A DNA stretch of 64,000 bases from an uncultured Verrucomicrobiota bacterium (lineage in GTDB: Bacteria; Verrucomicrobiota; Verrucomicrobiia; Limisphaerales; AAA164-E04), in NCBI GenBank assembly GCA_913061285.1, contig CAJXVR010000002.1, forward strand, positions 2,350-66,349, written 5' to 3'. Positions 46,294 through 56,250 of the stretch are shown here, in pieces (positions within the stretch are counted from its first letter, which is position 1; each line of letters starts with the position of its first letter). The notes below the pieces were generated by a model. It saw only the letters and a program-made list of their open reading frames with translations, searched no databases and had not been told where the DNA came from. A program made the position numbers and the translations under genes.

Positions 46294-47199
46294 ATGCACA
46301 GCTATACACTATCCCATCTCAAGGCTCTAGAGTCAGAAGCCGTCTATATCATTCGCGAGGTCGCCGCCCAATTCACTAAACCCGTGCTGCTGTTTTCAGG
46401 CGGCAAGGATTCTATCACGCTGCTGCGCCTGGCACAGAAGGCCTTTTCTCCTGCAAGACTTCCATTCCCCTTGCTGCACGTCGATACAGGGCACAATTTT
46501 CCCGAGACGATAGACTACCGGGATCGCATCGTCGAAGAAACGGGATCGCGACTCATCGTTCGCACGGTTCAAGATTCGATCGACAAAGGGCGAGTAGCCG
46601 AGGAGAAAGGAGCAAATGCTTCAAGGAACTCATTGCAAACCGTTACCCTTCTCGACGCGCTCGAAGAATTTCAATTCACAGCTGCCCTCGGAGGTGCACG
46701 CCGAGACGAAGAAAAGGCCAGAGCGAAAGAACGTTTTTTCTCACACCGAAACGAATTCGGGCAATGGGACCCTAAAAACCAACGCCCTGAACTTTGGAAC
46801 ATCTTCAACGGCAAAATGGGCATGGGAGAACAATTCAGGGTCTTCCCGCTCAGCAACTGGACGGAAATGGATGTCTGGCAGTATATCAAGCTCGAAAAAC
46901 TTGAGCTCCCTAGTATCTATTTCACCCACACTCGAGATGTCGTCGAACGCAATGGCGTTCTTCTAGCCAATTCGGATTTTCTCCAGATCTCCGACTCCGA
47001 AACTGTCAAGAGCGCAACCGTGAGGTTTCGAACCGTCGGCGACATGACCTGTACTGGCGCAGTTGAGTCGACGGCTAATTGCGTTGACGACATCATTGAT
47101 GAAGTCGCCTCAGCCCGCGTTACAGAAAGAGGCGGTCGCGCCGACGACAAGCGGTCTGAAACCGCCATGGAAGACAGGAAAAAAGACGGGTACTTCTAG
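46294..47199 (+). CDS. cysD: sulfate adenylyltransferase subunit 2
   Basis: LESEAVYIIREV...FSGGKDS...HVDTGHNFPE...R.F.LSNWTE.D.W.YI. Confidence 0.95.
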   Translation: MHSYTLSHLKALESEAVYIIREVAAQFTKPVLLFSGGKDSITLLRLAQKAFSPARLPFPLLHVDTGHNFPETIDYRDRIVEETGSRLIVRTVQDSIDKGRVAEEKGANASRNSLQTVTLLDALEEFQFTAALGGARRDEEKARAKERFFSHRNEFGQWDPKNQRPELWNIFNGKMGMGEQFRVFPLSNWTEMDVWQYIKLEKLELPSIYFTHTRDVVERNGVLLANSDFLQISDSETVKSATVRFRTVGDMTCTGAVESTANCVDDIIDEVASARVTERGGRADDKRSETAMEDRKKDGYF

Positions 47200-47216
47200 A
47201 TTAAATCTCTTTCCGA

Positions 47217-48488
47217 ATGAGCGAAACAAAAGGATATTTAGATATGGATCTGCTACGGTTTACTACCGCCGGCAGTGTCGATGATGGCAAGAGCACTCTA
47301 ATCGGGAGACTTCTCTACGATAGCAAGTCCATCTTCGAAGATCAGCTCGAAGCCGTCGAAGAATCGAGCAAACAGAGGGGTGATGAGATCGTCAATTTGG
47401 CACTCCTAACAGACGGACTCCGAGCGGAACGCGAGCAGGGAATCACGATTGATGTCGCCTACCGCTATTTCGCCACGCCGCGACGAAAGTTTATTATCGC
47501 AGACACTCCGGGGCACATCCAATACACCAGAAATATGGTGACGGGAGCATCCACGGCGAATCTGGCGATCATCCTTATTGACGCTCGCAAGGGGGTCGTC
47601 GAACAAACGTGCCGGCATTCCTTCATCGCCTCCCTGCTCCAGATCCAACACATCGTGGTCGCCGTCAACAAGATGGATCTCGTCGACTATAAGGAAGAAG
47701 TCTTTTCGAAAATCGTGAAGGAATTCAAAGAGTTCTCATCCCGCCTGAATGTCCCACATATTGATTTCATCCCCATCAGTGCGCTCAACGGGGACAACAT
47801 CGTCGACAAGTCTGAGGCGATGCCATGGTATGATGGGAGCACCTTACTTTACACCCTCGAGACAGTCTACATAGGCAACGAATTCAATCACGTGGATGCT
47901 CGCTTCCCTGTGCAGTGGGTGATCAGACCCCAAAGCCAAGAGCACCATGATTTTCGAGGATTCGCAGGCCGTGTTGCTAGCGGAGTCTTCAAAGTCGGCG
48001 ATGCCATCACCGTGCTCCCCTCAGGATTCGAGTCGAGAATTAGTGGCATTCATACCCTGGATGCGGAACTGGAAGAGGCATTCGCACCGATGTCCGTCAC
48101 CTTGAAGCTCGAGGATGAAATCGATATCAGCCGGGGTGACATGATCGTTAAAAAGAACAATCCCCCAACGGTCACTCAGGATATCGAAGCGATGGTCTGT
48201 TGGTTCTCAGATTCAACAAAACTTCAAGTCGGGCGAAAGTACATGCTCCGATCAACGACCAAGGAAGTCAAATGCCTGATCAAAGAGGTCAAGTACAAGG
48301 TAAACGTCAATACGCTTCACAAGATCGAGGATGATCTCGAAGTAAGCCTCAACGATATCGCGCGAATCTCAATCCGCACCTCTTCGCCGCTCTTTACGGA
48401 TTCCTACACCCGAAACCGAACAACGGGCAGCCTAATCTTAGTTGACGAACAGACGAATGCGACCGTCGCAGCAGGAATGATTGTGTAA
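47217..48488 (+). CDS. cysN: sulfate adenylyltransferase subunit 1 (GTPase), not fused to CysC
   Basis: LRF.T.GSVDDGKSTLIGRLL, DTPGH and NKMD G-motifs. Confidence 0.95.
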   Translation: MSETKGYLDMDLLRFTTAGSVDDGKSTLIGRLLYDSKSIFEDQLEAVEESSKQRGDEIVNLALLTDGLRAEREQGITIDVAYRYFATPRRKFIIADTPGHIQYTRNMVTGASTANLAIILIDARKGVVEQTCRHSFIASLLQIQHIVVAVNKMDLVDYKEEVFSKIVKEFKEFSSRLNVPHIDFIPISALNGDNIVDKSEAMPWYDGSTLLYTLETVYIGNEFNHVDARFPVQWVIRPQSQEHHDFRGFAGRVASGVFKVGDAITVLPSGFESRISGIHTLDAELEEAFAPMSVTLKLEDEIDISRGDMIVKKNNPPTVTQDIEAMVCWFSDSTKLQVGRKYMLRSTTKEVKCLIKEVKYKVNVNTLHKIEDDLEVSLNDIARISIRTSSPLFTDSYTRNRTTGSLILVDEQTNATVAAGMIV

Positions 48489-48558
48489 CCCCCAAAGGAA
48501 CAAAGGACGCTAGAGCCACCTTCCTTTGCTCCTGAAGACGAGACAGCTAGACCAGTAC

Positions 48559-49230
48559 ATGGCACCCAAAATCAAGGTTTGTGGAATCACAAATAAGCCA
48601 GACGCCCTCGCGGCGGTCGAGGCGGGTGTTGATGCTCTCGGCTTTATGTTCTACGCCCCGAGCAAGCGATTCGTGGCGCCAGAAACGGTGTGTGAGATCG
48701 TCAAAGAATTACCGCCATTCGTCTCCCTCGTCGGAGTCTTTGTGAACGAGTCAGCGGATCGCATCAAATCAATCAAAGATTCCTGCAATCTAGACGTTGT
48801 TCAACTTCACGGAGACGAAACGCCAAAGGATTGCCAATCCATCCCCGGTCAAGCCATCAAGGCCTTTCGGCTCCAATCACCTCAAACACTCAAAACCCTT
48901 GAGCAATACCCCACGAGCGCTTGGCTGCTAGACAGCTACTCTCCCGCAGCACGGGGAGGAACGGGTGACGCTTTCAACTGGGATTGGGTCAGAGACGCTG
49001 GCCCATTTACTCGCCCCATTATTATCGCAGGAGGCTTGACGCCTGAAAATGCAGCCGCATGTGTACGCGCTACCACTCCGTACGGTCTCGATGTTTCTTC
49101 CGGAGTCGAATCCAGCCCCGGGAAAAAGTGCGCTACAAAGATGAGAGCATTCGTCGCGGCCGCGAAAACTACCACCTCTAATGACTACTCGAATGCTGAA
49201 CACCCCAACCAAATGAAGGGGAGCAACTAG
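48559..49230 (+). CDS. trpF: phosphoribosylanthranilate isomerase
   Basis: Start trimmed to MAPKIKVCGIT (ATG 48559). QLHGDE, AGGL.P.N. No other trp genes in the window. Confidence 0.9.
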   Translation: MAPKIKVCGITNKPDALAAVEAGVDALGFMFYAPSKRFVAPETVCEIVKELPPFVSLVGVFVNESADRIKSIKDSCNLDVVQLHGDETPKDCQSIPGQAIKAFRLQSPQTLKTLEQYPTSAWLLDSYSPAARGGTGDAFNWDWVRDAGPFTRPIIIAGGLTPENAAACVRATTPYGLDVSSGVESSPGKKCATKMRAFVAAAKTTTSNDYSNAEHPNQMKGSN

Positions 49231-49232
49231 GT

Positions 49233-50570
49233 ATGTCCGGCATCGGATTCCAAGCCTTCATTGTTCTGGTGCTCATTCTGGCCAACGGCGTTTTTGCCAT
49301 GGCTGAAATGGCCGTGGTTTCATCCCGCAAAACGCGGCTTAAACAACTCGCTCAGAGTGGTAGCAAACGGGCAAAGCTCGTCCTGCAACTCGTCGAATCT
49401 CCGAATCACTTCCTCTCTACGGTCCAGTTCGGAATCACCATGATCGGAATTCTCGCTGGTGCATTCGGCGGAGCGACAATTTCAGAGAAGCTAGCTGTTA
49501 GCCTGACAAAAATCGCGATCATCGCCCCCTACAGCGAGCAAATCGCCTTTGGCTTCGTGGTCGCCGTGATCACCTTCACCTCACTCATTCTTGGTGAAAT
49601 CGTCCCCAAACGCCTCGCTCTCCATGCCCCCGAGAAAACATCCATGGCCATTGCTGGCCCCATCAACAAACTGGGACAACTCGTCTCGCCATTCGTGAGA
49701 GTTGTTAGCTGGGCAACAGATTCCCTCCTCGACCTTATCGGGGTCCAACGGTCGGTCGCTCCCACCATCACTCGAGAAGAAGTGCAAGTCATGGTGGAAC
49801 AAGGCTCGCATGCAGGGGTATTTCACAAGGCCGAGATCGGGATGGTAGAAGGGGTCATGCGCCTCGATGAAGAGCGAGTTGGAGATCTTATGACTCCGCG
49901 CCCAAAAATCGTCTGGCTCGATGCCAATGATACCGACAATACCAATTGGCGGAAAATCGTTACCAGCAACCATTCTTACTTCCCCCTCTACGAGGACAAT
50001 CGGGACAACGTAATCGGCATGGTCTCGGTCAAGGCAATGTGGGCCAACAGTGCCGTCGGCGTTGAAACGAATTTGAAGGACCTGGCCGTGGAATCCCTGA
50101 TTGTCCCCGAAACAATGATTGCTGTCAAATTGCTCGAGGCGTTCAAGCAGACACGCAAACACATCGCCCTAGTGACCGACGAATTCGGAAGCGTCAGCGG
50201 CCTTGTGTCTCTCATTGATGTGCTCGAGGCGATCGTCGGCGATATCCCCTCCGAGGAAGAGAAGCATAGAGAACCGTACGTCAAACGAGATGACGGTTCT
50301 TATTTGATCGATGCCATGATGGAAGTCGATGACTTCAAAGCTCTCCTTAACCTTAAGAATCTGCCCAACGAATCCGTTGACGACTACCACAGCGTCGGCG
50401 GCTTCGCACTATCGATGCTTGGAAAAATTCCGAAAGAGGCTGATTCCTTCGACTTCGAGGGCTATCGATTCGAGATCGTTGATATGGATCGGCATCGTGT
50501 CGATAAAATCCTGGCCACACCAACGCCATCCAAACGAAATCAAGCCACCCAGAAAGCCTCATCGGAGTAA
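49233..50570 (+). CDS. CNNM/DUF21-CBS-CorC_HlyC family membrane protein (hemolysin/TlyC-like)
   Basis: N-terminal DUF21 TM domain (NG.FAMAE.A.VS.R...L), a CBS pair, and a C-terminal transporter-associated domain. Confidence 0.9.
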   Translation: MSGIGFQAFIVLVLILANGVFAMAEMAVVSSRKTRLKQLAQSGSKRAKLVLQLVESPNHFLSTVQFGITMIGILAGAFGGATISEKLAVSLTKIAIIAPYSEQIAFGFVVAVITFTSLILGEIVPKRLALHAPEKTSMAIAGPINKLGQLVSPFVRVVSWATDSLLDLIGVQRSVAPTITREEVQVMVEQGSHAGVFHKAEIGMVEGVMRLDEERVGDLMTPRPKIVWLDANDTDNTNWRKIVTSNHSYFPLYEDNRDNVIGMVSVKAMWANSAVGVETNLKDLAVESLIVPETMIAVKLLEAFKQTRKHIALVTDEFGSVSGLVSLIDVLEAIVGDIPSEEEKHREPYVKRDDGSYLIDAMMEVDDFKALLNLKNLPNESVDDYHSVGGFALSMLGKIPKEADSFDFEGYRFEIVDMDRHRVDKILATPTPSKRNQATQKASSE

Positions 50571-50645
50571 TCCCCCTTTCCAATTCGATTCCTCCTTTTC
50601 AAGCCTCAAACTGTGCCTTAGGTTCCTACCGCGATTAGATCAAAT

Positions 50646-52010
50646 ATGCCGAGCGTTTATATCAAGACCTACGGCTGCCAGATGAACGAACGGGACTCAG
50701 AAGCCGTTGCGGCACAACTGGTAGCCAAGGGCTATCAACTAGCAAAATCCGAGCAACAGGCGGACGTCATATTGCTGAACACATGCAGTGTCCGCGATCA
50801 GGCGGAGCAAAAGGCGTTCGGGAAGATGAATCACCTCGCGGTTGAAGTGCGCCGGAGCCGCCCAAATACCGTACTTGGATTCATGGGCTGTATGGCCCAG
50901 AGCCGCGGACAAGACCTAATCGACAAACTACCCGACGTTGATCTCGTCCTTGGCACCCAAAAATTTCACCGAGCCGGCGACTACCTTGAACAGATTCTCT
51001 CCGGAGAGCGAAAGCAAATCTGCGATATCGAAGAAGAAAAAGGTAGCGAATCCACCATTCGCGATCACATAAGCATCGGAAAAACGGCCAACCAATCGGT
51101 CACCTCATTTGTCAGCATCATGCAGGGCTGTAATCAGCATTGCACCTTCTGTATCGTCCCCTCAACTCGCGGCCGGGAACGAAGCCGACCGATCGAAGAG
51201 ATCGTCTTAGAATGCGAAAAGCTTGTCGCCGCCGGCATCAAAGAAATCACGCTCCTAGGACAGATCGTCACTAGCTACGGAAAACGAGAGATTGGGATGC
51301 GAGATGGAAAATCTGCCTTTGTCCAACTCCTCGAAGCCGTTCATGAAGTCAAAGGGCTCGATCGCATCCGGTTTACATCACCCCACCCTAAAGGGTATGG
51401 AGATGATCTGATTGAGGCCTACGGGTATTTGCCCAAACTGTGCGCGAGCGCCCACATCCCTGTCCAAAGCGGGAGTAATCGTCTCTTGAAACTCATGCAT
51501 CGGGGCTACACAAGAGAACGCTTTCTGGAAATCATCGAAAAGCTCCGACGAGTCAATCCTAACATCGGGCTAACGACAGACATTATCGTGGCCTTCCCTG
51601 GAGAAACCGACGAAGATTTTGAAGACACGATGAACCTCGTCCGAGAAGTTCAATTTGACAACGCATTCGTCTTCAAATACTCACCGAGGCAAGACACCCC
51701 GGCGGCGGCTATGGAGGAGCAAATCCCCCAAGAACTCAACGAAGCCCGCCACGCCAAACTGCTGGGTGCCGTCACCGAGATCGGCGCCGAACGTTACGAG
51801 CAATTCATGGGGAAAACAGTAAGAATCCTTGTCGAAGGACCTAGTCGTCGAAATCCTCAGCGCCTCCAAGGACGAACCACTTGCAATAAGATCGTCGTCT
51901 TCGAAGGAAACGAACGTCACATCGGCCAACTCATCGACCTAAAGATCTACCGAGTTGGATCTTTCACGCTCTATGGAGATGCGGCCATCGTCAATTTAGA
52001 TCAGGAATAG
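50646..52010 (+). CDS. miaB: tRNA-i6A37 methylthiotransferase
   Basis: IKTYGCQMNE..., radical SAM CNQHCTFCIVP, TRAM domain at the C-terminus. Confidence 0.95.
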   Translation: MPSVYIKTYGCQMNERDSEAVAAQLVAKGYQLAKSEQQADVILLNTCSVRDQAEQKAFGKMNHLAVEVRRSRPNTVLGFMGCMAQSRGQDLIDKLPDVDLVLGTQKFHRAGDYLEQILSGERKQICDIEEEKGSESTIRDHISIGKTANQSVTSFVSIMQGCNQHCTFCIVPSTRGRERSRPIEEIVLECEKLVAAGIKEITLLGQIVTSYGKREIGMRDGKSAFVQLLEAVHEVKGLDRIRFTSPHPKGYGDDLIEAYGYLPKLCASAHIPVQSGSNRLLKLMHRGYTRERFLEIIEKLRRVNPNIGLTTDIIVAFPGETDEDFEDTMNLVREVQFDNAFVFKYSPRQDTPAAAMEEQIPQELNEARHAKLLGAVTEIGAERYEQFMGKTVRILVEGPSRRNPQRLQGRTTCNKIVVFEGNERHIGQLIDLKIYRVGSFTLYGDAAIVNLDQE

Positions 52011-52013
52011 AAT

Positions 52014-52562
52014 ATGCCGTCGTTATCGCTTGCCTCACTCTCGATTGTTCTTGGTTTGGCTTATCTCATCCCTCAGGTCTACGGATTGGTCAAGCCAGGC
52101 GAATTCGGGGAAAAACTAAAAGCCTTCCCACGGTCAAACGCTTGGGGCTATGTGTTGGTAGGAATCGCCACACTTTGGTTTCTCAACACCGTACAGCAAG
52201 AAGACATCGCTGATTTCGCTGCCTACAAGAAATTCATGCTCTTCGGATTCGGAGCTCTCGGTGTCGCCACCTGTCTCTACGTGAAAGATTTCCTCGCCGT
52301 GCGAGGTTACGCCGTTCTCCTGTTGCTCATGGCAAAACTAATGGTCGATACAGCACGATGGGTCGATACCGAATGGCGTCTCGTGATCGTTGTCTGGGCT
52401 TATCTCTGGGTTCTTGGCGGTATGTGGTTCACCGTTTCTCCCTGGAGAGCTCGCGATATCATTCTCTGGAAGACAGCAAACGAATCACGAATTCGACTGA
52501 TTTGCGCGATTCGTGGAGCCTTTGGATTGCTCGTCATTGGGCTAGGCGTCCTCAAGTTCTAG
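52014..52562 (+). CDS. hypothetical integral membrane protein (about 5 TM)
   Basis: 182-aa hydrophobic ORF, 3 bp after miaB. No family recognised. Confidence 0.6.
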   Translation: MPSLSLASLSIVLGLAYLIPQVYGLVKPGEFGEKLKAFPRSNAWGYVLVGIATLWFLNTVQQEDIADFAAYKKFMLFGFGALGVATCLYVKDFLAVRGYAVLLLLMAKLMVDTARWVDTEWRLVIVVWAYLWVLGGMWFTVSPWRARDIILWKTANESRIRLICAIRGAFGLLVIGLGVLKF

Positions 52563-52608
52563 TACCAACTAGATTCCCATAGGCCAACCATCTGCCCCCT
52601 GAAGCCTC

Positions 52609-53535
52609 ATGTCCAGTGGTCGCATACTCGTTATTCGCGGTGGAGCGATCGGTGACTTCATTCTGACTCTTCCTGTTTTTCAGGCACTCAAGGACACCTT
52701 TCCCTCAGCCCGCGTTGAAATTCTCGGCTATCCAAGCATTGCCAAACTGGCTGAACTCTCTGGCTTAGTCCAACAGACAAAGGCAATAGAAGCTCAAGCG
52801 GTGGCAGGATTCTTTGCCAGAAAGGGCTCCTTAGACGAGTCATGGTCAGAATATTTCAATCAATTCGAAATCATTCTCTCCTTCCTTTACGATCCCGATC
52901 GGATATTCCAGGACAACGTCGGTCGCTGCACAAAAGCGCAATTCATCCAAGGGCCTCACCGCCCCAACGAAGATCAATCAACGCACGCGACTGAAGTCTT
53001 TCTCGAACCGCTACAAAGTCTCGCCATATTCGAAGCCAACGACGTCCCAAGAATCTCTCTCCCCACACCGACTACCGATCGGCTTCCGCCGACTTCGCGA
53101 CTCGCTTTGCATCCTGGAAGCGGCAGCCAAAGTAAGAATTGGCCCTCCGAAAACTGGGTAGAACTGGTCACTCGACTGCAAAAAGAAACCCAGTGGAACT
53201 TGCTCATTGTCGGCGGCGAAGCGGAGCGAGAGCTACTACAAGAGCTCGACAATCGCTTCGGTTCAGACCGCATCAAGGTCAGATTTGCTACCCCACTCGA
53301 CGAGCTGGCAAGCTTATTGGCGGATTGCGAAGGCTTCATTGGGCATGACTCTGGCATATCCCATTTGGCCGCTGCTGTTGGTCTTCCCGAACTAATCCTT
53401 TGGGGACCAAGCAATGAATCCATCTGGCGCCCTAAGGGAGAGAAAGTCGTAGTAATCAAGCATGAAGACGGACTATCAAAACTGCCGGTTGAGCATGTCT
53501 TTGCCCGAATTCCAGCCCCAAAAAGACTCGCGTAA
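52609..53535 (+). CDS. glycosyltransferase family 9 (heptosyltransferase-like)
   Basis: ILVIRGGAIGDFILTLPVFQALK and HPGSGS..K.WP...W, GHDSG.SHLAAA motifs. Confidence 0.85.
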   Translation: MSSGRILVIRGGAIGDFILTLPVFQALKDTFPSARVEILGYPSIAKLAELSGLVQQTKAIEAQAVAGFFARKGSLDESWSEYFNQFEIILSFLYDPDRIFQDNVGRCTKAQFIQGPHRPNEDQSTHATEVFLEPLQSLAIFEANDVPRISLPTPTTDRLPPTSRLALHPGSGSQSKNWPSENWVELVTRLQKETQWNLLIVGGEAERELLQELDNRFGSDRIKVRFATPLDELASLLADCEGFIGHDSGISHLAAAVGLPELILWGPSNESIWRPKGEKVVVIKHEDGLSKLPVEHVFARIPAPKRLA

Positions 53536-53543
53536 ACACGAGC

Positions 53544-54437
53544 TCACGCGGAAACATCGTCCCACCCGAACTCTTCTCGAATCCGCTCCGGGCTCCATCC
53601 TCGAGCCCGATAGTCCCGTAGCGCCATCGAATCCGACCTTTTTGATAGTCGCTCCCCTGCATCGTTAAGCATCAGCGGACAGTGAAAAAAATCAGGGATC
53701 CCCCACCCCAGCGCCTCGAAAATCAAGATTTGTCGACAGGTCGACAAAAGCAGATCCTCGCCACGAACCACCTCGGTCACCCCCATTTCATGATCGTCAA
53801 CGACGACCGCAAGTTGGTAAGCGGGCACCCCATCTTGGCGCCAGACAACAAAATCTCCAAAATCGACCCCCGCGGTAAACGACACATCTCCTCGGGCGCC
53901 ATCTCGAAACCGAACACAACCCCCACTTTCTACCCTAAAACGCCAGCAGGGAACTCGGTCGCTGCTCTGTGGCGTTTCAATCCCTACGTTGGCACGACAC
54001 TTTCCAGAATACAACGGCCCTTCATCGCCAGCGTGTGGTGCCAATGAAGCATTTCTCACATCCTTCCGCGAACAGTAACATCGATAAACGCGTCCTAGAT
54101 CGATCAAGCGGTGGAGTGCGGCACGATAGAAATCCATTCGTTGACTCTGGTAAAAAGGACCATCGCTCGGCTTCCGCTCCGATCCTTCTCGCCAATCGAT
54201 CCCAAACCAATTCAGATCCTCAACTGCGGCATTGATATACTCGGGCTTAGAACGCCCAGGATCCAGATCATCCATTCTAAGAATCAAATCACCACGCCGC
54301 CTACGGGCACGAAGCATCGCAGTCCAAAACGTTCTCGCGTGGCCAAGATGGAGATACCCTGAAGGCGTCGGAGCGATGCGACCACGATAACCTCCGTCAA
54401 CAGTCGGGTCGTTCACTCCAATACCGCTTGATGACAT
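53544..54437 (-). CDS. gluQ: glutamyl-Q tRNA(Asp) synthetase
   Basis: Truncated GluRS catalytic domain of ~297 aa. RIAPTPSGYLHLGHA, R.DDLD, LSKR. Confidence 0.85.
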   Translation of the reverse strand: MSSSGIGVNDPTVDGGYRGRIAPTPSGYLHLGHARTFWTAMLRARRRRGDLILRMDDLDPGRSKPEYINAAVEDLNWFGIDWREGSERKPSDGPFYQSQRMDFYRAALHRLIDLGRVYRCYCSRKDVRNASLAPHAGDEGPLYSGKCRANVGIETPQSSDRVPCWRFRVESGGCVRFRDGARGDVSFTAGVDFGDFVVWRQDGVPAYQLAVVVDDHEMGVTEVVRGEDLLLSTCRQILIFEALGWGIPDFFHCPLMLNDAGERLSKRSDSMALRDYRARGWSPERIREEFGWDDVSA

Positions 54438-54448
54438 AAGCCTGTTCG

Positions 54449-55306
54449 CTAAAAGGGCGCGTCAGGATTCTGGTCTAACCAATCCCGCAAACTTGGAATC
54501 TGAAAACTCAAACGGGACTGAAGTCGATCACAATTCATCGATGTATCTGGTGCCCGTTTCCCGCCCATAAACCCTTTCAAACTCGAAGGCTCCAATCGCG
54601 CCTCTAGATCGGAATCACCCCAGCGACGAACCAACAAACGCCCAATCTCGTATCGCGACATCTTTTCGGCGCCGCCCAAGTGAAACACACCTGACCACTG
54701 ATTCAAAAACACCTCCCAAAGCACCTTGGATGTGACGACGGCAGGAAGGGGTTGTCGGAACTCGTCATCAAACAGGCGAACCACGTTCCCTTTGGAAAGT
54801 GATCGATAAAGCACTTCATTGAAGCCTCGATCACCCGAAGGCGATTTCCCCCCGTTCAAAGACAATCGCACAACAGAATGCTTCGGATTAGCAAGAACGA
54901 TCTCTTCGGCTGCTTGTTTGGTCTGCCCATAGACGTTGATGGGAGCACGACGATCGTTTTCAGAGTAGTCGCCTTTCAGACCATCAAACACAATATCCGT
55001 CGAAAGAAAAACTAAGGGAAGCTCTGCCCCGAGTCTCGCGATTGATTTCGTAGCAGAAACGTTTACGGCCGTCGCCAACTGTTGATCCGACTCACAGGTT
55101 CCCGTGTTCGCAATGGCGGCACAATGGATAATTCCATCAGGAGCGTGATCTAAAAATAGCGCCTCTAGCCTCGCACGATCCCTCAGATCGACATCGTTTC
55201 TTGTCAAGGGAATCGCTTCGATGGTCGACGTGAATTGCATGGCCTGCTCGACCACGTAATTACCAATTAACCCTGCAGCCCCCGTCACCCAGACCCGTTT
55301 CTTCAT
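54449..55306 (-). CDS. NAD(P)-dependent sugar-nucleotide reductase (RmlD / dTDP-4-dehydrorhamnose reductase-like SDR)
   Basis: VWVTGAAGLIGNYV Rossmann motif, ST..VFDG, Y...K. Confidence 0.75.
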   Translation of the reverse strand: MKKRVWVTGAAGLIGNYVVEQAMQFTSTIEAIPLTRNDVDLRDRARLEALFLDHAPDGIIHCAAIANTGTCESDQQLATAVNVSATKSIARLGAELPLVFLSTDIVFDGLKGDYSENDRRAPINVYGQTKQAAEEIVLANPKHSVVRLSLNGGKSPSGDRGFNEVLYRSLSKGNVVRLFDDEFRQPLPAVVTSKVLWEVFLNQWSGVFHLGGAEKMSRYEIGRLLVRRWGDSDLEARLEPSSLKGFMGGKRAPDTSMNCDRLQSRLSFQIPSLRDWLDQNPDAPF

Positions 55307-55333
55307 TCTGGTATCCTCACCGGCACAATGTGG

Positions 55334-56218
55334 TCAATCAATAAACCGGCGCTCCAGTCCATTGTAAGCATCGATACGTCGATCACGGAAGAATGGCCAT
55401 GCCTGACGTGTTTCGGTGATTTGCTTCAGGTCGACAGGCACCGATAGAATCTCCTCATGAGAATCAGAGGCTTCTTGAACGACTTTCCCCGACGGGGCAG
55501 CAACAAAACTACGGCCCCAAAATTCAATAACTTCACCATTCGAACTACGTTCGACTCCAACCCGATTCACAGAGACAAGGTAGCAGCCGTTAGCGATGGC
55601 ATGAGATCGTTGAATGGTTTGCCAAGCATCCACCTGCTCCTCGCCCAGAGTTTCCTTCTCGCTGGGCAACCACCCAATCGCAGTCGGATAAAACAGGATC
55701 TCAGCTCCTTTCAGTGCGGTCAGTCGGGCAGCCTCAGGAAACCACTGATCCCAACAGACTAAGACTCCGATCTTAGCATATTTCGTCTCCCAAGCGACAA
55801 AGCCCTGATCTCCTGGCGTAAAATAGTATTTCTCGTAAAACCCAGGGTCGTCAGGAATATGCATCTTACGATAGGCGCCCAACAGGGCCCCATCAGCATC
55901 AATCACCACCGCTGTATTGTGATAGAGCCCTGGAGCCCGTTGTTCAAAGAGAGATCCGACGATAACAATCTCTAGTTCGCGGGCTAGGGATTGCAACAGA
56001 TCCGTGGTCGGACCAGGAATCGATTCAGCAAGTCGAAAACAAGTCGCATCTTCTTGCTGACAAAAGTAAGTCGACCGGAACAGCTCTTGAGTACAGATGA
56101 TTTTTGCTCCACGACTCGCCGCCTCCCGAATCCCAGTTATCGTCTTCCCAGAATTCGCTTCGAGATCTTCGCCGCAACGAACTTGAACCAGTCCAATGCT
56201 TAGTTCATTTGCCCCCAT
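55334..56218 (-). CDS. aguB: N-carbamoylputrescine amidase (nitrilase-superfamily CN hydrolase)
   Basis: QELF...YFCQ.ED, K.HIPD.PG..EK.YF.PG, and the CWDQWFPE catalytic Cys motif. Confidence 0.85.
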   Translation of the reverse strand: MGANELSIGLVQVRCGEDLEANSGKTITGIREAASRGAKIICTQELFRSTYFCQQEDATCFRLAESIPGPTTDLLQSLARELEIVIVGSLFEQRAPGLYHNTAVVIDADGALLGAYRKMHIPDDPGFYEKYYFTPGDQGFVAWETKYAKIGVLVCWDQWFPEAARLTALKGAEILFYPTAIGWLPSEKETLGEEQVDAWQTIQRSHAIANGCYLVSVNRVGVERSSNGEVIEFWGRSFVAAPSGKVVQEASDSHEEILSVPVDLKQITETRQAWPFFRDRRIDAYNGLERRFID

Positions 56219-56250
56219 CGCTCCGTCTTCTGAATTCGGGTGTCTGCCCT